Shown here piece by piece: positions 1-14,160 of a DNA stretch of 64,000 nt. The DNA is from Octopus vulgaris (Eukaryota), in the NCBI GenBank assembly GCA_951406725.2, contig OX597835.1:8928001-8992000 (forward strand). The letters are read 5' to 3'. The notes under the pieces were generated by a model. The model had not been told where the DNA came from. It ran no database searches and was given only the letters and a program-made list of their open reading frames with translations. Both the position numbers and the translations under genes were made by a program. Each line of letters begins with the position of its first letter. Within the stretch, counting starts at the first letter, position 1.

Positions 1-312
1 ACTTAGGTTGGGTGTCGAAGCTGTTGTTATAACTCTTGCCATTTTTAGAATGTGTTTTTGTGGTTAGAAATCAGTCTTTAGTTGTTAATGAATATATTTT
101 TTATTACTATCATTTACCGTATCTTTATTTCTAATTTTTTCCTCCCCTTTCGTATTATTTCCATGGTATTTAGTTTCGTTATCAGAATTGACTACCTTGT
201 TATTATCGTTGATTATCGAGTTAATTTGGGCTGCATTGTGTTTATCCTCACTTTTATTATTTTGACAAAATTTTACTTTCTTCCTACAGCCCACTTTGTC
301 TACAGATGATTT
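1..312 (-). mobile_element. Possible decayed Penelope-like element fragment (region between RT and GIY-YIG)
   Basis: Minus-strand Asn/Lys-rich frame, then after a stop/frameshift RVITTASTPNL, loosely like the Penelope 'KVSYSTTPNL' segment; abuts a (TA)n tract. Confidence 0.3.
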
Positions 313-313
313 G

Positions 314-415
<102 letters not shown>

Positions 416-435
416 ATTAAAATTTTATGTATTGA

Positions 436-798
436 CTAGCAGTATCGCCCGGCGTTGCTCAGGTTTGTAAGGAAATAACTATAAAGCATTTTTAGAGAGT
501 TATAGCCAAAAAATAGCAAAAAAATGGGAAAAAAATGATGGTAAATTTTTTTGAGAGTTAAAAGGTAGAGTTGCGTCCCCTAGACGGTCTGTGGTTTGGG
601 TTTCTATCGACCCCATGTATTTATATTTTTTCAGAACTGGGGAACTTTTCAAAATTTTCGCTGCGTTAGTTTTGAATTATGACATTGGGCTATGTGTGTG
701 TCAAGTTTCATCAGAATCGGTTGAAAGCCGTGGTCAGAGTGGGTACGAGAAAACAGACACACAGAAACACGCACAGACAAACTGTTTATATAGAGAGA
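436..798 (-). mobile_element. Non-autonomous Helitron, subfamily H1
   Basis: Minus strand starts TCTCTCTATATAAAC and ends CCTGAGCAACGCCGGGCGATACTGCTAG (hairpin + CTAG); sits between host A and T with no TSD; near-identical to 43079-43473. Confidence 0.85.
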
Positions 799-937
799 TT
801 AATTCTTTCCTTGTTTGATTTGTAACGTAGTGGTTTTGTCTCGAATTATTTTATATAATATTTTAATATAAAATTGGATTTAACCCAAAATCTGATTTTT
901 CCCTGTAAATTTGGATTCATTCCCTAATATTTATTAT

Positions 938-972
<35 letters not shown>

Positions 973-1067
973 ATGCGTGTGGATGGCAGTATATGTATCT
1001 ATATTTTGCTTATACACAGAAATGCTTGTGTCAATTTTCCGCGACGAAAATATCCTTTTCTGTTTCA

Positions 1068-1220
1068 GGCACAAGGCCCGAAATTTTGGGGGAGGGGGCC
1101 AGTCGATGAGATCGACACCAGCACGCAACTGCTACTTAATTTATCGAACTCGAAAGGATGTAAGGCAAAGCCGACTTCGGCAGAAATTTGAAGTCAGAAC
1201 GTAAAGACAGTTGAAATACT
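1068..1220 (-). mobile_element. SINE family C fragment (tail type 2)
   Basis: Degenerate core GTCGGCTTTGCCTTACATCCTTTCGAGTTCGATAAATTAAGTA plus tail CCCCCTCCCCCAAAATTTCGGGCCTTGTGCC on the minus strand. Confidence 0.7.
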
Positions 1221-1221
1221 T

Positions 1222-1419
1222 CATTGCCCACAGTGGGCTAAACATAGAGGGGCCAAGCAATGACTGACAAGGGAATTAACTCGTACTTATTTAATCGACC
1301 CTGAAGGATGAAAGGCAAAGTCGACCTCGGTGGAATCTGAACTCAGAACGTAAAGACAGACGAAATATCGGTAATCATTTCACCCGGCCTGGTAACGATT
1401 CTGCCAGCGTTCCACCTTC
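1222..1419 (-). mobile_element. SINE family C copy (tail type 1)
   Basis: Reverse complement matches 37131-37360 in head, core GAGGTCGACTTTGCCTTTCATCC and tail CCCCTCTATGTTTAGCCC. Confidence 0.8.
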
Positions 1420-1924
1420 AGGGACAAAATTATAAGTTGTTGCCGAAAGGAATATCAAAGAATGTGGAATATTTCACATTATCGAGCATTTCTTCAAAAC
1501 GGTAACAGAACAGAGATTAGAATACATAAGATAAATTATTTCCAATGCTTTCAGACGATATGATTCTTTTGAGGACTGACGAATTTCGCAACGACCAGCG
1601 AAAATGATAACGATTTTTACTTTCTATAGATATATTTCGAAATAATATACAAGTAACGCCAATGCGTTGTTGTCGATTGTACTGTATGTTCTTCCTATCG
1701 GAAATTCTATGTTCGCAGAAATCATTATCGACAGTACAGTTTTTCTAGTTTTCATTTCTAATAATCTCTCTTTGAAAATGTAAAATTCATTTACATAACT
1801 CATGTAATAAATCGAAATTAAATATTGATTTTTTAAAGATTATAACTTAAAAGATATTTGTATCAGTCGATACAACTTCTGGAGAATGTATTTTATGATT
1901 TGTAGCTGCAGCGGATAGCCATGA

Positions 1925-2000
1925 ATACATACATACATATATACATACATACATATATAATACATACATACATACATACATGCATGCATACGCACATACA

Positions 2001-2034
<34 letters not shown>

Positions 2035-2268
2035 CATACATGTATACATACATACATACATACATACATACATACATACATACATACATACATACATACA
2101 TACATACATGCATGCATACATACATACATACACGCATACATACATACATACATGCATACATACATACATACGTACCTACTTACATACATGCATACATACT
2201 TACATACATACATACATGCATACATACATGCATAGATACATACATACTTAAATACATACACACACACA
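1925..2268. repeat. (CATA)n microsatellite
   Basis: Directly visible tetranucleotide tract. Confidence 0.95.
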
Positions 2269-3330
2269 TATTGATGTGTATGTGTGAGCATTTATCTATA
2301 TATATATATAGGTATTTATTTACACACACACTCGTATATCTAAAGAGAGATACAGTGGGAGAAAGACAGTCAGAAAGATAGAGCAACAGAGTTTTAGAAA
2401 TATAGAGCAACAGAGTTTTAAATAAATATACACAAAAGCACACATGGACAGATATAAGTGTACGAATGCGTTTATGTGTGAATCTGTCCGTGTTGAGTTT
2501 ATATATGCATCCATGTAGGAGCGTCATTCTCTACATATGTATACGCGTTGACACCAACGATGATATCTGACAACTGCTAATGCGTTACTCTTTCTTTTCA
2601 ATTTTAACGCCATACGTTTTTTTTTAAGAGAGTGTCATAAAATATATATAAAATCATAACGACGTCTCTATGCTCAGCTACGCTGGAAAATGTGGTGAGA
2701 GAGGAACATTACCGAAAACTTAAAATCAAATTCTTTTCAATGATGCAATAAATAAAATCAGATTTGCATTAACCCATCTAAATTACCCGCAACACTCTAT
2801 TGAAAGCGATTTGACTGATATTTTTTTTACGCATACAGAAACCGGAAAAAAAAATAGAAATTATAAGAAATATAGTTAGAAAAATAGAAAACAGTAATTG
2901 GTAAAGCATAATGTTATAGGAATAAATATCGACGATTATTCCTATAACGATTATTCCAATAACGGTATATTCATCTTTTGTTGATAATATGATATCTTCA
3001 GTATTCGAAACTGTGGCAGATCAAACGTCTCGTTGTATTTTGTTTAATTTCAAGGTGTCACAAATCTCACAACTATTGATCGATCTTTCAAAAACTGAGG
3101 TCGACGAAAAAGATGAAGTAAACCTCTCCGCGTATCGATTTCATTTTGCTGTTGTTTTATAGGAAATAGTTAAGAAAGATATCATTGTCGATGCAACGAA
3201 AATGATATGAGAGTGAATTCCACGTGTTTCGAAAACTCACTTAAAGAGTCAGGTGCACTATTAATTCCTTACAAAAATGAATATAAATACAATCAACCTA
3301 ACGTTATTAGATGCATATATTTCACTATCG

Positions 3331-3712
3331 TGGAGGCGCAATGGTCCAGTGGTTAGGGCAACGGACTCGCGGTCGTAGGATCGCGGTTTCGATTCCCAGA
3401 CCGGGCGTTGTGAGTGTTTATTGAGCGAAAACACCTAAAGCTCCATGGGGCTCCGGCAGGGATGGTGGTGATCCCTGCTGTACTCTTTCACCACAACTTT
3501 CTCTCGCTCTTACTTCCTGTTTCCGTTGTACCTGTATTTCAAAGGGCCGGCCTTGTCACTCTCTGTGTCACGCTGAATATCCCCGAGAACTACGTTAAGG
3601 GTACACGTGTCTGTGGAATGCTCCGCCACTTACACGTTAATTTCACGAGCAGGCTGTTCCGTTGATTCGGATCAACCGGAACCCTCATCGTCGTAACCGA
3701 CGGAGTGCTTCC
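3331..3712 (+). mobile_element. tRNA-derived SINE family A, full length
   Basis: A-box TGGTCCAGTGG, B-box GTTTCGATTCC, end CGTAACCGACGGAGTGCTTCC; TSD ATATTTCACT(A/G)TC; ten copies in the window. Confidence 0.92.
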
Positions 3713-4002
3713 ATATTTCACTGTCATTTTCCTCAGTTGAATGGCAGTAAAATGTGTTGAACAACCGTACATATATTTAAAAAGGCGTGCGCACATATCC
3801 GCGGACCATATTTATAATGAACTGATGAAATAGTGGAAAAGCGTTGGCATGTTGCCAGGTGAGTGGTCTATTATAGCCATACCATCACTAAATGAGTAGT
3901 CTGTAATGAGGAATACCTTTCCTGTTATACTTCTTTTACTTGGAATTACTTCAATTGTACCTGCCACAGTATATCTACATCTGGTATGCAGGTGTGTATT
4001 TA

Positions 4003-4088
4003 TACACATACATACACACACACATACATACATACATACATACATACATACATACATACATACATACATACATACATACATGCATACA

Positions 4089-4124
<36 letters not shown>
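4003..4124. repeat. (CATA)n microsatellite
   Basis: Directly visible. Confidence 0.95.
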
Positions 4125-4318
4125 TTGAATGAAATTTTTTAACCCGTGGAAGTCACGCTAGATGCCGAAATATCGTTCAACCAATTTCACATGAAATAGC
4201 CCCAGGCCACTATAGCCCCAGGTCATGTCTACCTTACTAGCACCACCTGGTATATGTATATATGTATCTATATATGTGTTTCTACATATATGTATACCCA
4301 ATCGTAAACACACACACA

Positions 4319-4354
<36 letters not shown>

Positions 4355-4427
4355 TAGATAGATAGATAGATATAGATATACAGACACACAAAAACGCACA
4401 AACACACGCGCACATACACAGAGACAA

Positions 4428-4475
<48 letters not shown>

Positions 4476-5329
4476 ACACATATATATATATATGCTTACA
4501 CATACATGCTCATTAGTTATGCATACATAGTTATCCCGTGCCTGTTACGCAAACACGCACACATTGATGAACAGGTATTTTCGTAGAGTGATAAGAACAA
4601 CTCCACGTGAAACACCTACAGACACACACACACATACATACACACACTTACACTTCGCCAACGTGGTCAAGCCCAAATCGGTTTCCATTTATCAGCTCGA
4701 TGTAAATCTGACCCTACCTTTCCCTCGTTTAACCTTATCAAAGTAATGTTGTTACATCAAGCAGCCTTTCCACAAACCCACGCAACAGTGCAAGCTGTGC
4801 TACTGTAAACCTTTTCATTTCACTTAAACCAATTCTTTCAACACATGCGTCCCCTACACACACACACAGAGACGCAGACACACAAATACACATAGTCACA
4901 CACATACACATAGAATCACACACACACCCTCGCATATACGCTCACAGTGAGATATCGAAAGTTCTACACGGAGCATTCAACAAAATGCAAAACCCACCGA
5001 TACTCAAACACATATACGTCTACACACACACACAACTCGTCTCTGTAATCCGTATTTTTCAAAAGAGGACCCGCACAAATGAAAACAATAAAAAACAACG
5101 GGAAATTTTGTTACGTAAGTGATGAGAATATTAAACAAAAGCAAATTATTTATATACTTTTATGATACACACACACATGCACACACACATATACATACAG
5201 TTCTACTACCCCATGAGATAAGTGAAAATCCGCAAAGTGGAAACAATATCGTACTGTATATCATTATTCCTATTATTTTCGTTCCACCACACGATCTCAG
5301 ATCAAGCCACTCGCTATGCAAGTACATCA

Positions 5330-5405
<76 letters not shown>

Positions 5406-5415
5406 GTGTGTGTGC

Positions 5416-5650
<235 letters not shown>

Positions 5651-5686
5651 AAGCGGTCTAGTGAGAAAGAGAAAATAGTCAGAGAC

Positions 5687-5937
5687 TATATATATAAATT
5701 CAACAACAATTGAGGAACGGCTTCGAAAGGCCATTCAACCCACTAGAAAGAGCAGCCACGACTCAAACCGCCAAGCAGTAGTAATTCAGAAATTAAAGGA
5801 AAATTAAAAATAGGGTAAATGTTTTTTAATTTCTGAATTACTACTACTTGGCGGTTTGAGTCCTGACTGCTCTTTCTAGTGGGTTGAATGGCCTATCGAA
5901 GCCGTTCCTCAATTGTTGTTGAATTTATATATATATA
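5687..5937. repeat. Fold-back with ~110 bp arms and ~27 bp spacer
   Basis: 5687-5797 versus reverse complement of 5825-5937; I count 4 mismatches; both outer ends are (TA)n. Confidence 0.92.
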
Positions 5938-6009
5938 CAGAGACAGAGAGAGAAAGAGAGATAGATGGATAGCTAGATAGGTAAACACGTAGATAGATAC
6001 ATATATTTA

Positions 6010-6408
6010 TTTTTACTTGTTTCAGTTACTATACTACGGCCATGCTGGGGCACGCCTTGGATAATTTTTAGTTGAATGAATCGAATACAGTACTTATTGT
6101 TTTGAAGCCACGTACTTATACTATTTTCCTTCTTTGCCGCACCGCTAATATACGGGGACGTAAAGACACCAACACCGGTTGCCAAGCAGCAATGCAGGGA
6201 TTAACACAGACACAAAGATATGCATACATAGATATATACTTATGATATATACGACATGCTTCTTTCAGTTTCTGTCAGCTGAATCCACTCTCAAAGCTTC
6301 GTTTGGTCTGAGGCTATTGTAAGAGACACTTGCCCAATATGGCAAACTGTGGGACAGAACCCCTAACCATGTGGTTGCGAAGTAAGCTACTTGCCACAAA
6401 ACCACACC
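6010..6408 (-). mobile_element. SINE family B, diverged copy
   Basis: Aligns by eye with 36201-36647 (TTTTACTTGTTTCAG...CGGCCATGCTGG...GACACTTGCCCAA...AACCATGTGGTT). Confidence 0.8.
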
Positions 6409-6410
6409 TA

Positions 6411-6801
6411 TATTTATATATAAAGCTGTGGTTGTGTGAGTGTCTGTCCCCTTCGATATAGATTCCTAACTACTCCCACATTTTCCGGTGCAGTTTAACC
6501 AGAACCGGGTATCTTATAGTCGTGATTCATATCGAGCCCTTCTGGGTATTAGCGTGCGTCTACGATGAGTCAACGATTTTAAAAATAATTTACCATAATT
6601 TTTTTTCCATTTTCATGCATATTTTTTAAAGGGAATGTCTAAAAATGTCTACGATGAGTCAACGATTTTAAAAAAAAATTTACCATCATATTTTTTCCAT
6701 TTTTAATGCATTATTTTTGCTATTTTTTGGCTATAACTCTCTAAAAATGCTGTATAGTTATTTCCCTTACAAACCCGAGCAACGCCGGGCGATACTGCTA
6801 G
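6411..6801 (+). mobile_element. Non-autonomous Helitron, subfamily H2
   Basis: Ends CCCGAGCAACGCCGGGCGATACTGCTAG|T; 5' TATTTATATATAAAG (TC start mutated); homologous to 49034-49432; internal ~65 bp direct repeat GTCTACGATGAGTCAACGATTTT. Confidence 0.85.
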
Positions 6802-6878
6802 TGCTTAATAAAATAATGAAGAGTCTTAATCGATTTTAGCAACTTATCGGTGTCTCCTCAGATCTGACTGCACCATTT

Positions 6879-6889
6879 ATTATATATAT

Positions 6890-6952
<63 letters not shown>

Positions 6953-6953
6953 T
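6879..6953. repeat. (TA)n(GATA)n microsatellite
   Basis: Directly visible. Confidence 0.95.
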
Positions 6954-7559
6954 AACTTTTAATGTTTAACTTCAGTGGTTCCTGATCAGGTAATATTACT
7001 TTGGTGATGATGTGGTCATCACATCGAGGCATCAATAATGACTTTATATTTAGATTACGCATTGAGCCTTGTATTTAATTCACGGAATGTAAATCGGTTA
7101 ACAAATAGCTTATTTAAGCTCGTAGGCATCAAACACTAACGGACAAGTCTATATTAAAGTGAATCAAAATAGGATCGAAGATTCCTTTCATATGCAAATG
7201 TTTAACTTCCACACAAATGCGCCAAAAGTTTACAGAAATAAACTTGCTGAAATAGTAAAGGATACATTTCGTGCAGCACGCACTTTAATCAGAATTTCAA
7301 CGACATTTTTGCACGCAAGTAAAAGCAGAAACGAAAATCTAAACGCACAAAGAATTTTAGAGTAGATTTTTATCTTACAGCAATCTCACCACCTGTGTAT
7401 ACGGACATTAGTTACGCATATATAAACCTGCTCACAATCAACGTATGCGCATGTATGATTTTATATATAAGTGTGGCTATGATAAATATATATATGAATG
7501 TATGTATATATTTGCAAACATATAACCGTATACTTACTAGTATATTTATATCTTTAGCT

Positions 7560-7568
7560 ATATATATG

Positions 7569-7601
<33 letters not shown>

Positions 7602-7789
7602 GAATATATATGTATATATATGTATATACATGATATATATATATATATGTATATATATCTATATATATATATATATATTTATGTATATATATGTATATAT
7701 ATGTATATATATGTATATACATGCATATATATGTATATGTATATATTTGTTTATATATGTATATATGTGTATATATGTGTATATATATG

Positions 7790-7823
<34 letters not shown>

Positions 7824-7934
7824 TATGTGTGTGTATATATGTGTATATATGTATATATATGTGTATATATGTATATATGTATATATATATGTGTATATAT
7901 ATGTGTATATATATATGTGTAATATATATGTATA

Positions 7935-7968
<34 letters not shown>

Positions 7969-8023
7969 CATATATATATATATGTATGTATATATATATA
8001 TGATATATATATATATATATATG

Positions 8024-8072
<49 letters not shown>

Positions 8073-8075
8073 ATA
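7560..8075. repeat. Compound (TA)n/(TATG)n microsatellite
   Basis: Directly visible; source of the YI-repeat ORFs. Confidence 0.95.
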
Positions 8076-9548
8076 TATTTACAACGTAACAGAGAAAAAT
8101 TGTAGAAAGACGGATACATACATATATACTTACGTACGTACGTATATACATACAAATATACTTACATATTTGGCCGTTAGTAGGACATAGCGATCAGGTT
8201 TCTCACGCACTATTAAAAGGTAAATTAATTTCTCATGTGTGCCATAGCATGGCTCTAAGCTAACAAAATGTCAAATTATTTCTATTTCATTTGTCATGCA
8301 TCCTTGATTATATGCAGAATCCTTTGTTAATGAGTGTATATGTCACTCGTAGTTACAGTTTACCTGCTGATGTATAGCAATAAACTTTTCACAGATAAAT
8401 AGCATTATAAGCTATCACGTACAAAATTTAACTAATTACACATCACCAACACCATCACTTTATTTTGGCAAAATATGACTCGTGGCAGGTATCCAGTACA
8501 TTCGAATCCTTCCTGGGCGAAATTTTAATTTATTTTCTTATCTAAATCTAATTAGATCTTCAGAGTTTTCTTCTTGCGAACGATAACGTTAACAATGGAG
8601 TTTCTTCGAAATTAATATATTGCACCTAACATAATACAGTGGAAAATTCGGAAATAGAATTTTGTGTTAATTGGTTTTCTGTGACGTTTAACTGATTTAA
8701 GACTAAATGTATTTACCCTTTATTCATCCCTGCACCAGTTCCCTTCTTTTAGAAAAGGAGAGAATTTTGAAATTACCATCCAGTCAACGGTGAAGAAAAA
8801 TCGACATTAATCGATTTCTTGTCTAAAGCTATTTATTCATTGATTGAAGTGTTTCTTAATTAGTGAGGAATATCTATATATCTGTTTAATTTAATATTTG
8901 TCTGGCGTGTGGAGTTTGGAAGCTACTTCGATCCTCAGTGAGGCCGCTTTATTGACACCTAAGATGACAGCAGAGGCATGTTGCACATTAAATGTAAAAT
9001 GGTTATTCTATCTAACGTACATTGGCAACACCCTATCAAGATTTTATTGTTTCGATGTTAGTTCTTGAAAATATTAGCTTTCATCTGTGTTTACTCATTT
9101 ATTTAATCCTTTCAAGGATTTCAGTGAATTCATCTAATTGTCTTACTTGCAGATAATTCCATGTAGAACATTCAAATCCTCTTTTGCAGTGAAACCACAT
9201 TTATTCACAAGATTTGTTGCAATCCACAGATTGACATTGTTTTAGAGATTTTTTTTCTTTTCTCCTTATAATCTCATTTTTATCAGGATTATGGTTAAAC
9301 ATTTTAAATAGGAAGCTGAATTCAGATTGGTATTCAGGCTGCCCTTCTTCATCTTTGAGGCGTTGTTGAGTCTTGTGCTCATCTTGGCTGCCCATCGTTT
9401 CTTAGAATTCTAAGTCTTTTCCATCTTTATAGTTGAAACAGGTGTTTACAAAATAAACAGTTATTTTCATTGGTTAGGAACGCTGGAAGAACTTTTCATG
9501 CGAACATGTATGTGTGTAAGTGCGTGAGCATGTACGCATGTATGTACA

Positions 9549-9931
9549 TGGAGGCGCAATGGCCCAGTGGTTAGGGCAGCGGACTCGCGGTCGGAGGATC
9601 GCGGTTTTGATTCCCAGACCGGGCATTGTCAGTGTTTATTGAGCGAAAACACCTAAAGCTCCACGAGGCTCCGGCAGGGGGTGGTGGTAAACCCTGCTGT
9701 ACTCTTTCACCACAAGTTTCTCTCACTCTTTCTTCCTCTTTCTGTTGTACCTGTATTTCAAGGGGCCAGCCTTGTCACATCATGTGTGTCACGCTGAATC
9801 TCCCCGAGAACTACATTAAGGGTATACGTGTCTGTGGAATGCTCAGCCACTTGCGCGTTAATATCACGAGCAAGCTGTTCCGTTGATCGTATCAGCTGGG
9901 ACCCTCATCGTCGCAACCGACGGAGTACTCC
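9549..9931 (+). mobile_element. SINE family A, older variant
   Basis: Family A head; 3' variants (GATCGTATCAGCTGGGACCC, GAATCTCCCC) closer to the 39545-39865 element. Confidence 0.9.
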
Positions 9932-10477
9932 TATATATGTATGTATATAGGAATGTATATAAGTGTGTAAGCATGTATCTGCATATGTATGGATTTATAG
10001 GTATATTTATGGATGGATTAATGATTGAATACTTTTAAAATTTTATTTAGCAGAAAGGCAATATCTATGATCTTTTACAGGACGGTAAAAAAAGGGGAAG
10101 AAAAAGCGAGAGAGGAACCTGTCCTGGAACTGGAGACTTTTCATGAAATCTTACCAGAGATCGATCTGGTCTTAATATATCGAAGCTGCCACCCAAGGGG
10201 CGGTTTGTCGCGAACGGCACCAGGCGAAATTTGAACTCAGTCTGAATAGAGTAAATGTAACACACTTAGTCGCATTAACAAAGCGGTGTCGGTTCGACTC
10301 CCATGCGGATAGGAAATACTTCTTTTTCCTGTCCAGGGCTTATATGCCCCTTTATTAGACTATTTTTCTTAGTCATTGTACTGTGATCGGCATAAGCTTA
10401 AAGCTTATATAAAATACCATTATTAGTATTTACAGAATTCTAAAAACGGCGCCGTATAAAAGACCATTCGCACCGAA

Positions 10478-10484
10478 ATATATA

Positions 10485-10551
<67 letters not shown>

Positions 10552-10596
10552 ATGTATATATATATAAATATAAATATATATATGTATATATGTATG

Positions 10597-10664
<68 letters not shown>

Positions 10665-10672
10665 GATGTATG

Positions 10673-10722
<50 letters not shown>
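10478..10722. repeat. Compound (TA)n/(TG)n microsatellite
   Basis: Directly visible. Confidence 0.95.
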
Positions 10723-10725
<3 letters not shown>

Positions 10726-11733
10726 GCATGTGTTCATGCACATGCGTTGTATACGTTCTTGATTATGTATATTCATACCAATACAAGGATTTGTTGCCCA
10801 TTTCAGAGATTAGTAGTATGCTAATAGTTGAGATTTTAAGTTTTTTTGGAATTTTTTTTATGTTGTTTGACCACCAAAGGGAAGAAGGGGACCAATGTGA
10901 AATGGAAAGAGCGCGGGTGTTTGTTATTTGGGGTAGACACTGAAAACAAGCGAGACAAACTAAGTAAGGAAAGTGTATAAAATGTACCATGTCAAAAACC
11001 ATTGATATGAAAATACAAGTAGTCTCGTAGCCAAAACAGTTATATTCATGATGTAAATATTTGTTATTCTAATGATTATTTGCACATCTTTTATTTGTTA
11101 TATCAGTGAATATAGATTTAGTATCGTTTCATAGACGCTGACGCTTGATATTGTTGACTTAATTTTTATGCATCAATCCTGATTATACACCCTTTCATGT
11201 TATCGCTTCTACATAAATAATTCAATCGTACAATACTTCAGATTGTGCATAGTCAGCCAGATCCTGGTCATCTAAATACTGAATGCTGTTTGAATTTTCT
11301 GGCAATAATTATAGCTTCCTGTGAAATCTGCACAGAGATTTATAACTGCAATACTATTGTGTAAATACGAATTTTTGGCATTAGCATAAAGCAACACGTG
11401 TACACGACTATGCGATATATCGATTCATTCTGTTCTAAATACATCGGCGATCGTTCTCTTATCTCGATCCCAGAATAAACGGATAATTCGTCCTAAGATT
11501 GTCAAGAGAAAGGAGATGGATCAATATTAGACACTATATGAACATGTCATCAGATTCTGTAAAGAATTCTTCATATGTTCTTCCAGTGTTCAAATCAAAC
11601 ATCTTTTAATTCCATGTAGAGCTGGCAAATAACTTTTATAATAATTTTCGCAGATGAAAAATATAAATATCGGAAAATCATACAAGCAGTCAATCTTTGC
11701 GTTGTTACGGAATTTCATACGCTTGCGTGGAAA

Positions 11734-12762
11734 TTACATTTCAGAAAAGTTACAAATAACATACGATTTACCATGCTCTATAATCTAATTTTCACATATT
11801 AATGATGAACAAAATTTGATTGGATTTCAGCATACCGAGATTTGATTTGTTATATAGCGTTGGAAGTCGAAACATCTTGTTCTCTTCCACATAAACAGCC
11901 AGTATATTAATTGTATTTTACGTGTACGATATAAGGTTTTACCTATACAGAATTTCAATCTTATAAACGCAGCATTCGTGGAAAATACTGTAAAGTATAA
12001 GATCTGTAAGTCTATTCTATTTATGCGACTACATTTCAAGGCATGTAAGTAGTTACATTTCAGAAAAGTTGCATATAACATACGATTTACCATGCTCTAT
12101 AATCTAATTTCCACATATTAATGATGAACAAAATTTAATTGGATTTCAGCATACCGAAATTTGATTTGTTATATAGCGTTGAAAGTCGAAACATGTTGTA
12201 ATCTTCCACATAAACAGCCAGTATATTAATTATATTTCATGTGTACGATATAAGGTTTTACCCTTACAGAATTTCAATCTTATAAACGCAGCCTTCGTGG
12301 AAAATACTGTAAAGTATAAGATCTGTAAGTCTATTCTATTTATGTGTGGAGGGGGGGGTCAATGGCCCAGTGGTTAGGGCAGTGGACTCGCGGTCATAGG
12401 ATCGCGGTTTCGATTCCCAGACCGGAAACACCTAAAAAAGCGAAAACACCTAAAAGCTGCACGAGGCTCCGGCAGGGGATGGTGGTGATCCCTGCTGTAC
12501 TCTTTCACCGCAACTTTCTCTCACTCTTACTTCCTGTTTCTGTTGTACCTGTATTTCAAAGGGCCGGCCTTGTCACTCTCTGTGTCACGCTGAATATCCC
12601 CGAGAACTACGTTAAGGGTGCACGTGTCTGTGGAATGCTCAGCCACTTTCACGAGCAGTCTGTTCCGTTGATTCGGATCAACCGGAACCCTCATCGTCGT
12701 AACCGACGGAGTGCTTCCATCCATCTATTTATGCGACTACATTCCAAGGCATGTAAGCAGTA
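11734..12762 (+). repeat. Tandem duplication, unit ~319 bp; second copy interrupted by a SINE
   Basis: TTACATTTCAGAAAAGTT starts at 11734 and 12053; copy 2 resumes at ~12724 (TCTATTTATGCGACTACATT). Confidence 0.92.
12347..12723 (+). mobile_element. SINE family A copy
   Basis: Family A body with a rearranged AAACACCTAAA segment; TSD TCTATTTATG. Confidence 0.92.
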
Positions 12763-13009
12763 AGAATAATGTAGTGCGTACGACGTAAAACTCTTAGACG
12801 ATATCACAAAGAATTACCATTCCACTCTTTCAATAATAAAGACTCTCACTTTAATGATTTTTCTCTTTCTTTTAACTATGTATCATGAGTGATGTACATC
12901 TCTTCATAGTAAGGAATATTTCTTTCATCTGTAACCTAAGTGAAACACAATGGTCACCAATTTCTCTCAATAGACCCGGCACACGCTTATTGTCGTAGTA
13001 CTTGTTCTT

Positions 13010-13227
13010 GTCGTTGTTGTTGTTGTTGTTCTTCTTCTTCTTTTTCTCATTCTTCTTCTTCTTCTCATTCTTCTTCTTCTTTTTCTTTTTCTTCTTTTTC
13101 TTCTACTTCTTCTTTTCTTCTTCTTTTCTCATTCTTCTTCTTCTTTTTCTTTTTCTTCTTCTTTTTCTTCTTCTTCTTCTTTTTCTTTTTCTTTTTCTTC
13201 TTTTTCTTCTTCTTCTTCTTCTTCTTG
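13010..13227. repeat. (GTT)n/(CTT)n trinucleotide tract
   Basis: Directly visible; abuts the 3' end of the R4/Dong-like element. Confidence 0.95.
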
Positions 13228-14160
13228 ACTTTGCTGGAGATGTACTACGGTGTCAGCTGTTCGCTACCAGTGAACTAAGGCAACACCCCTTATTTTTCGA
13301 GCACCATCCGGAGTATGCGAGTGGTTCTAAGCAGTGCTGTTTACTGCAAGTACTCCACCCTTATTGCATCCCTTATTATGTTCCACGTACTTCTAAATAT
13401 TTTTACTCACTGTTCCCAGGGCTCCGACAATTTTCGGTACTACTACCACCTTTTTCGGCGACCACAGCCTCTTAACAGCACAATCTAACCTGTTATATCA
13501 ATCGATTTTTCTTTCTTCCTTATCGCATAACTTTTTGTCAGCTGGGCAGTCTATATCTATGAACCAGCATCGTTTGCTTTCTTTCTCAATTAACACTTAG
13601 TCTGGTTTCCTATTCTCTATCTCATGGTTGCACTGAGTCAAAATCCCATAGGATCTTTGCATTATAATTTTCGATGGTGCCTTCGGGTTTATATGATCAC
13701 ACTACTTGATCTATCTGTCAAGTCCATACTTGTTGCAAAGATTCCAATGAACAATCATTGCTATATTGTCGACGTCTCCTATATTTTGTCCGGGTTAGTG
13801 GCGTACATTGACTGGTAATATGCTATACGGTTTCACCATTTTGTCCACAAATTCTGAAATTATCACTTTGTGGTTGTTTTCTTTACTGCATTTGATGTAA
13901 TTGGTTCTTAAGTATCAACTTTTCATTTGTACACTCTCCATATATTTCTTTATATAATCTCTTCTGATCTACTCTGAATAACCTATTCTGCTCGTATCCC
14001 TTTATTTTTTGGGCGTATTTTACCATCATTGTTTCCTTTGCAACAGGGCGCTCTTTCAGTTCCTCATTGCCACTTTCAAACCCTTTCTTTCAATATCACT
14101 CTTCCTGTTCAGTGTTCTGTATAAAGACATGTCTGCACTTATTTACTGGTCTTTATATGC
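13228..14160 (-). mobile_element. Decayed R4/Dong-like (RLE-type) non-LTR retrotransposon, internally deleted
   Basis: Manual minus-strand translation: QNRLFRVDQKRLYKE joined to LRTNYIK..RICGQNGETV*HITSQC (CCHC knuckle), AKILWDF..ENRKPD*VLIEK..FIDIDCPAD..VVVVPKIVGALGTVS (restriction-like endonuclease); stops and frameshifts. Confidence 0.85.

Noticed and set aside
3331-3410. tRNA gene calls for SINE heads
   Set aside because: A/B boxes present but no proper acceptor stem, and each head continues into a SINE body with TSDs.
9050-9480. Possible decayed coding or transposase remnant on the minus strand
   Set aside because: No diagnostic motif I can name; needs BLASTx.
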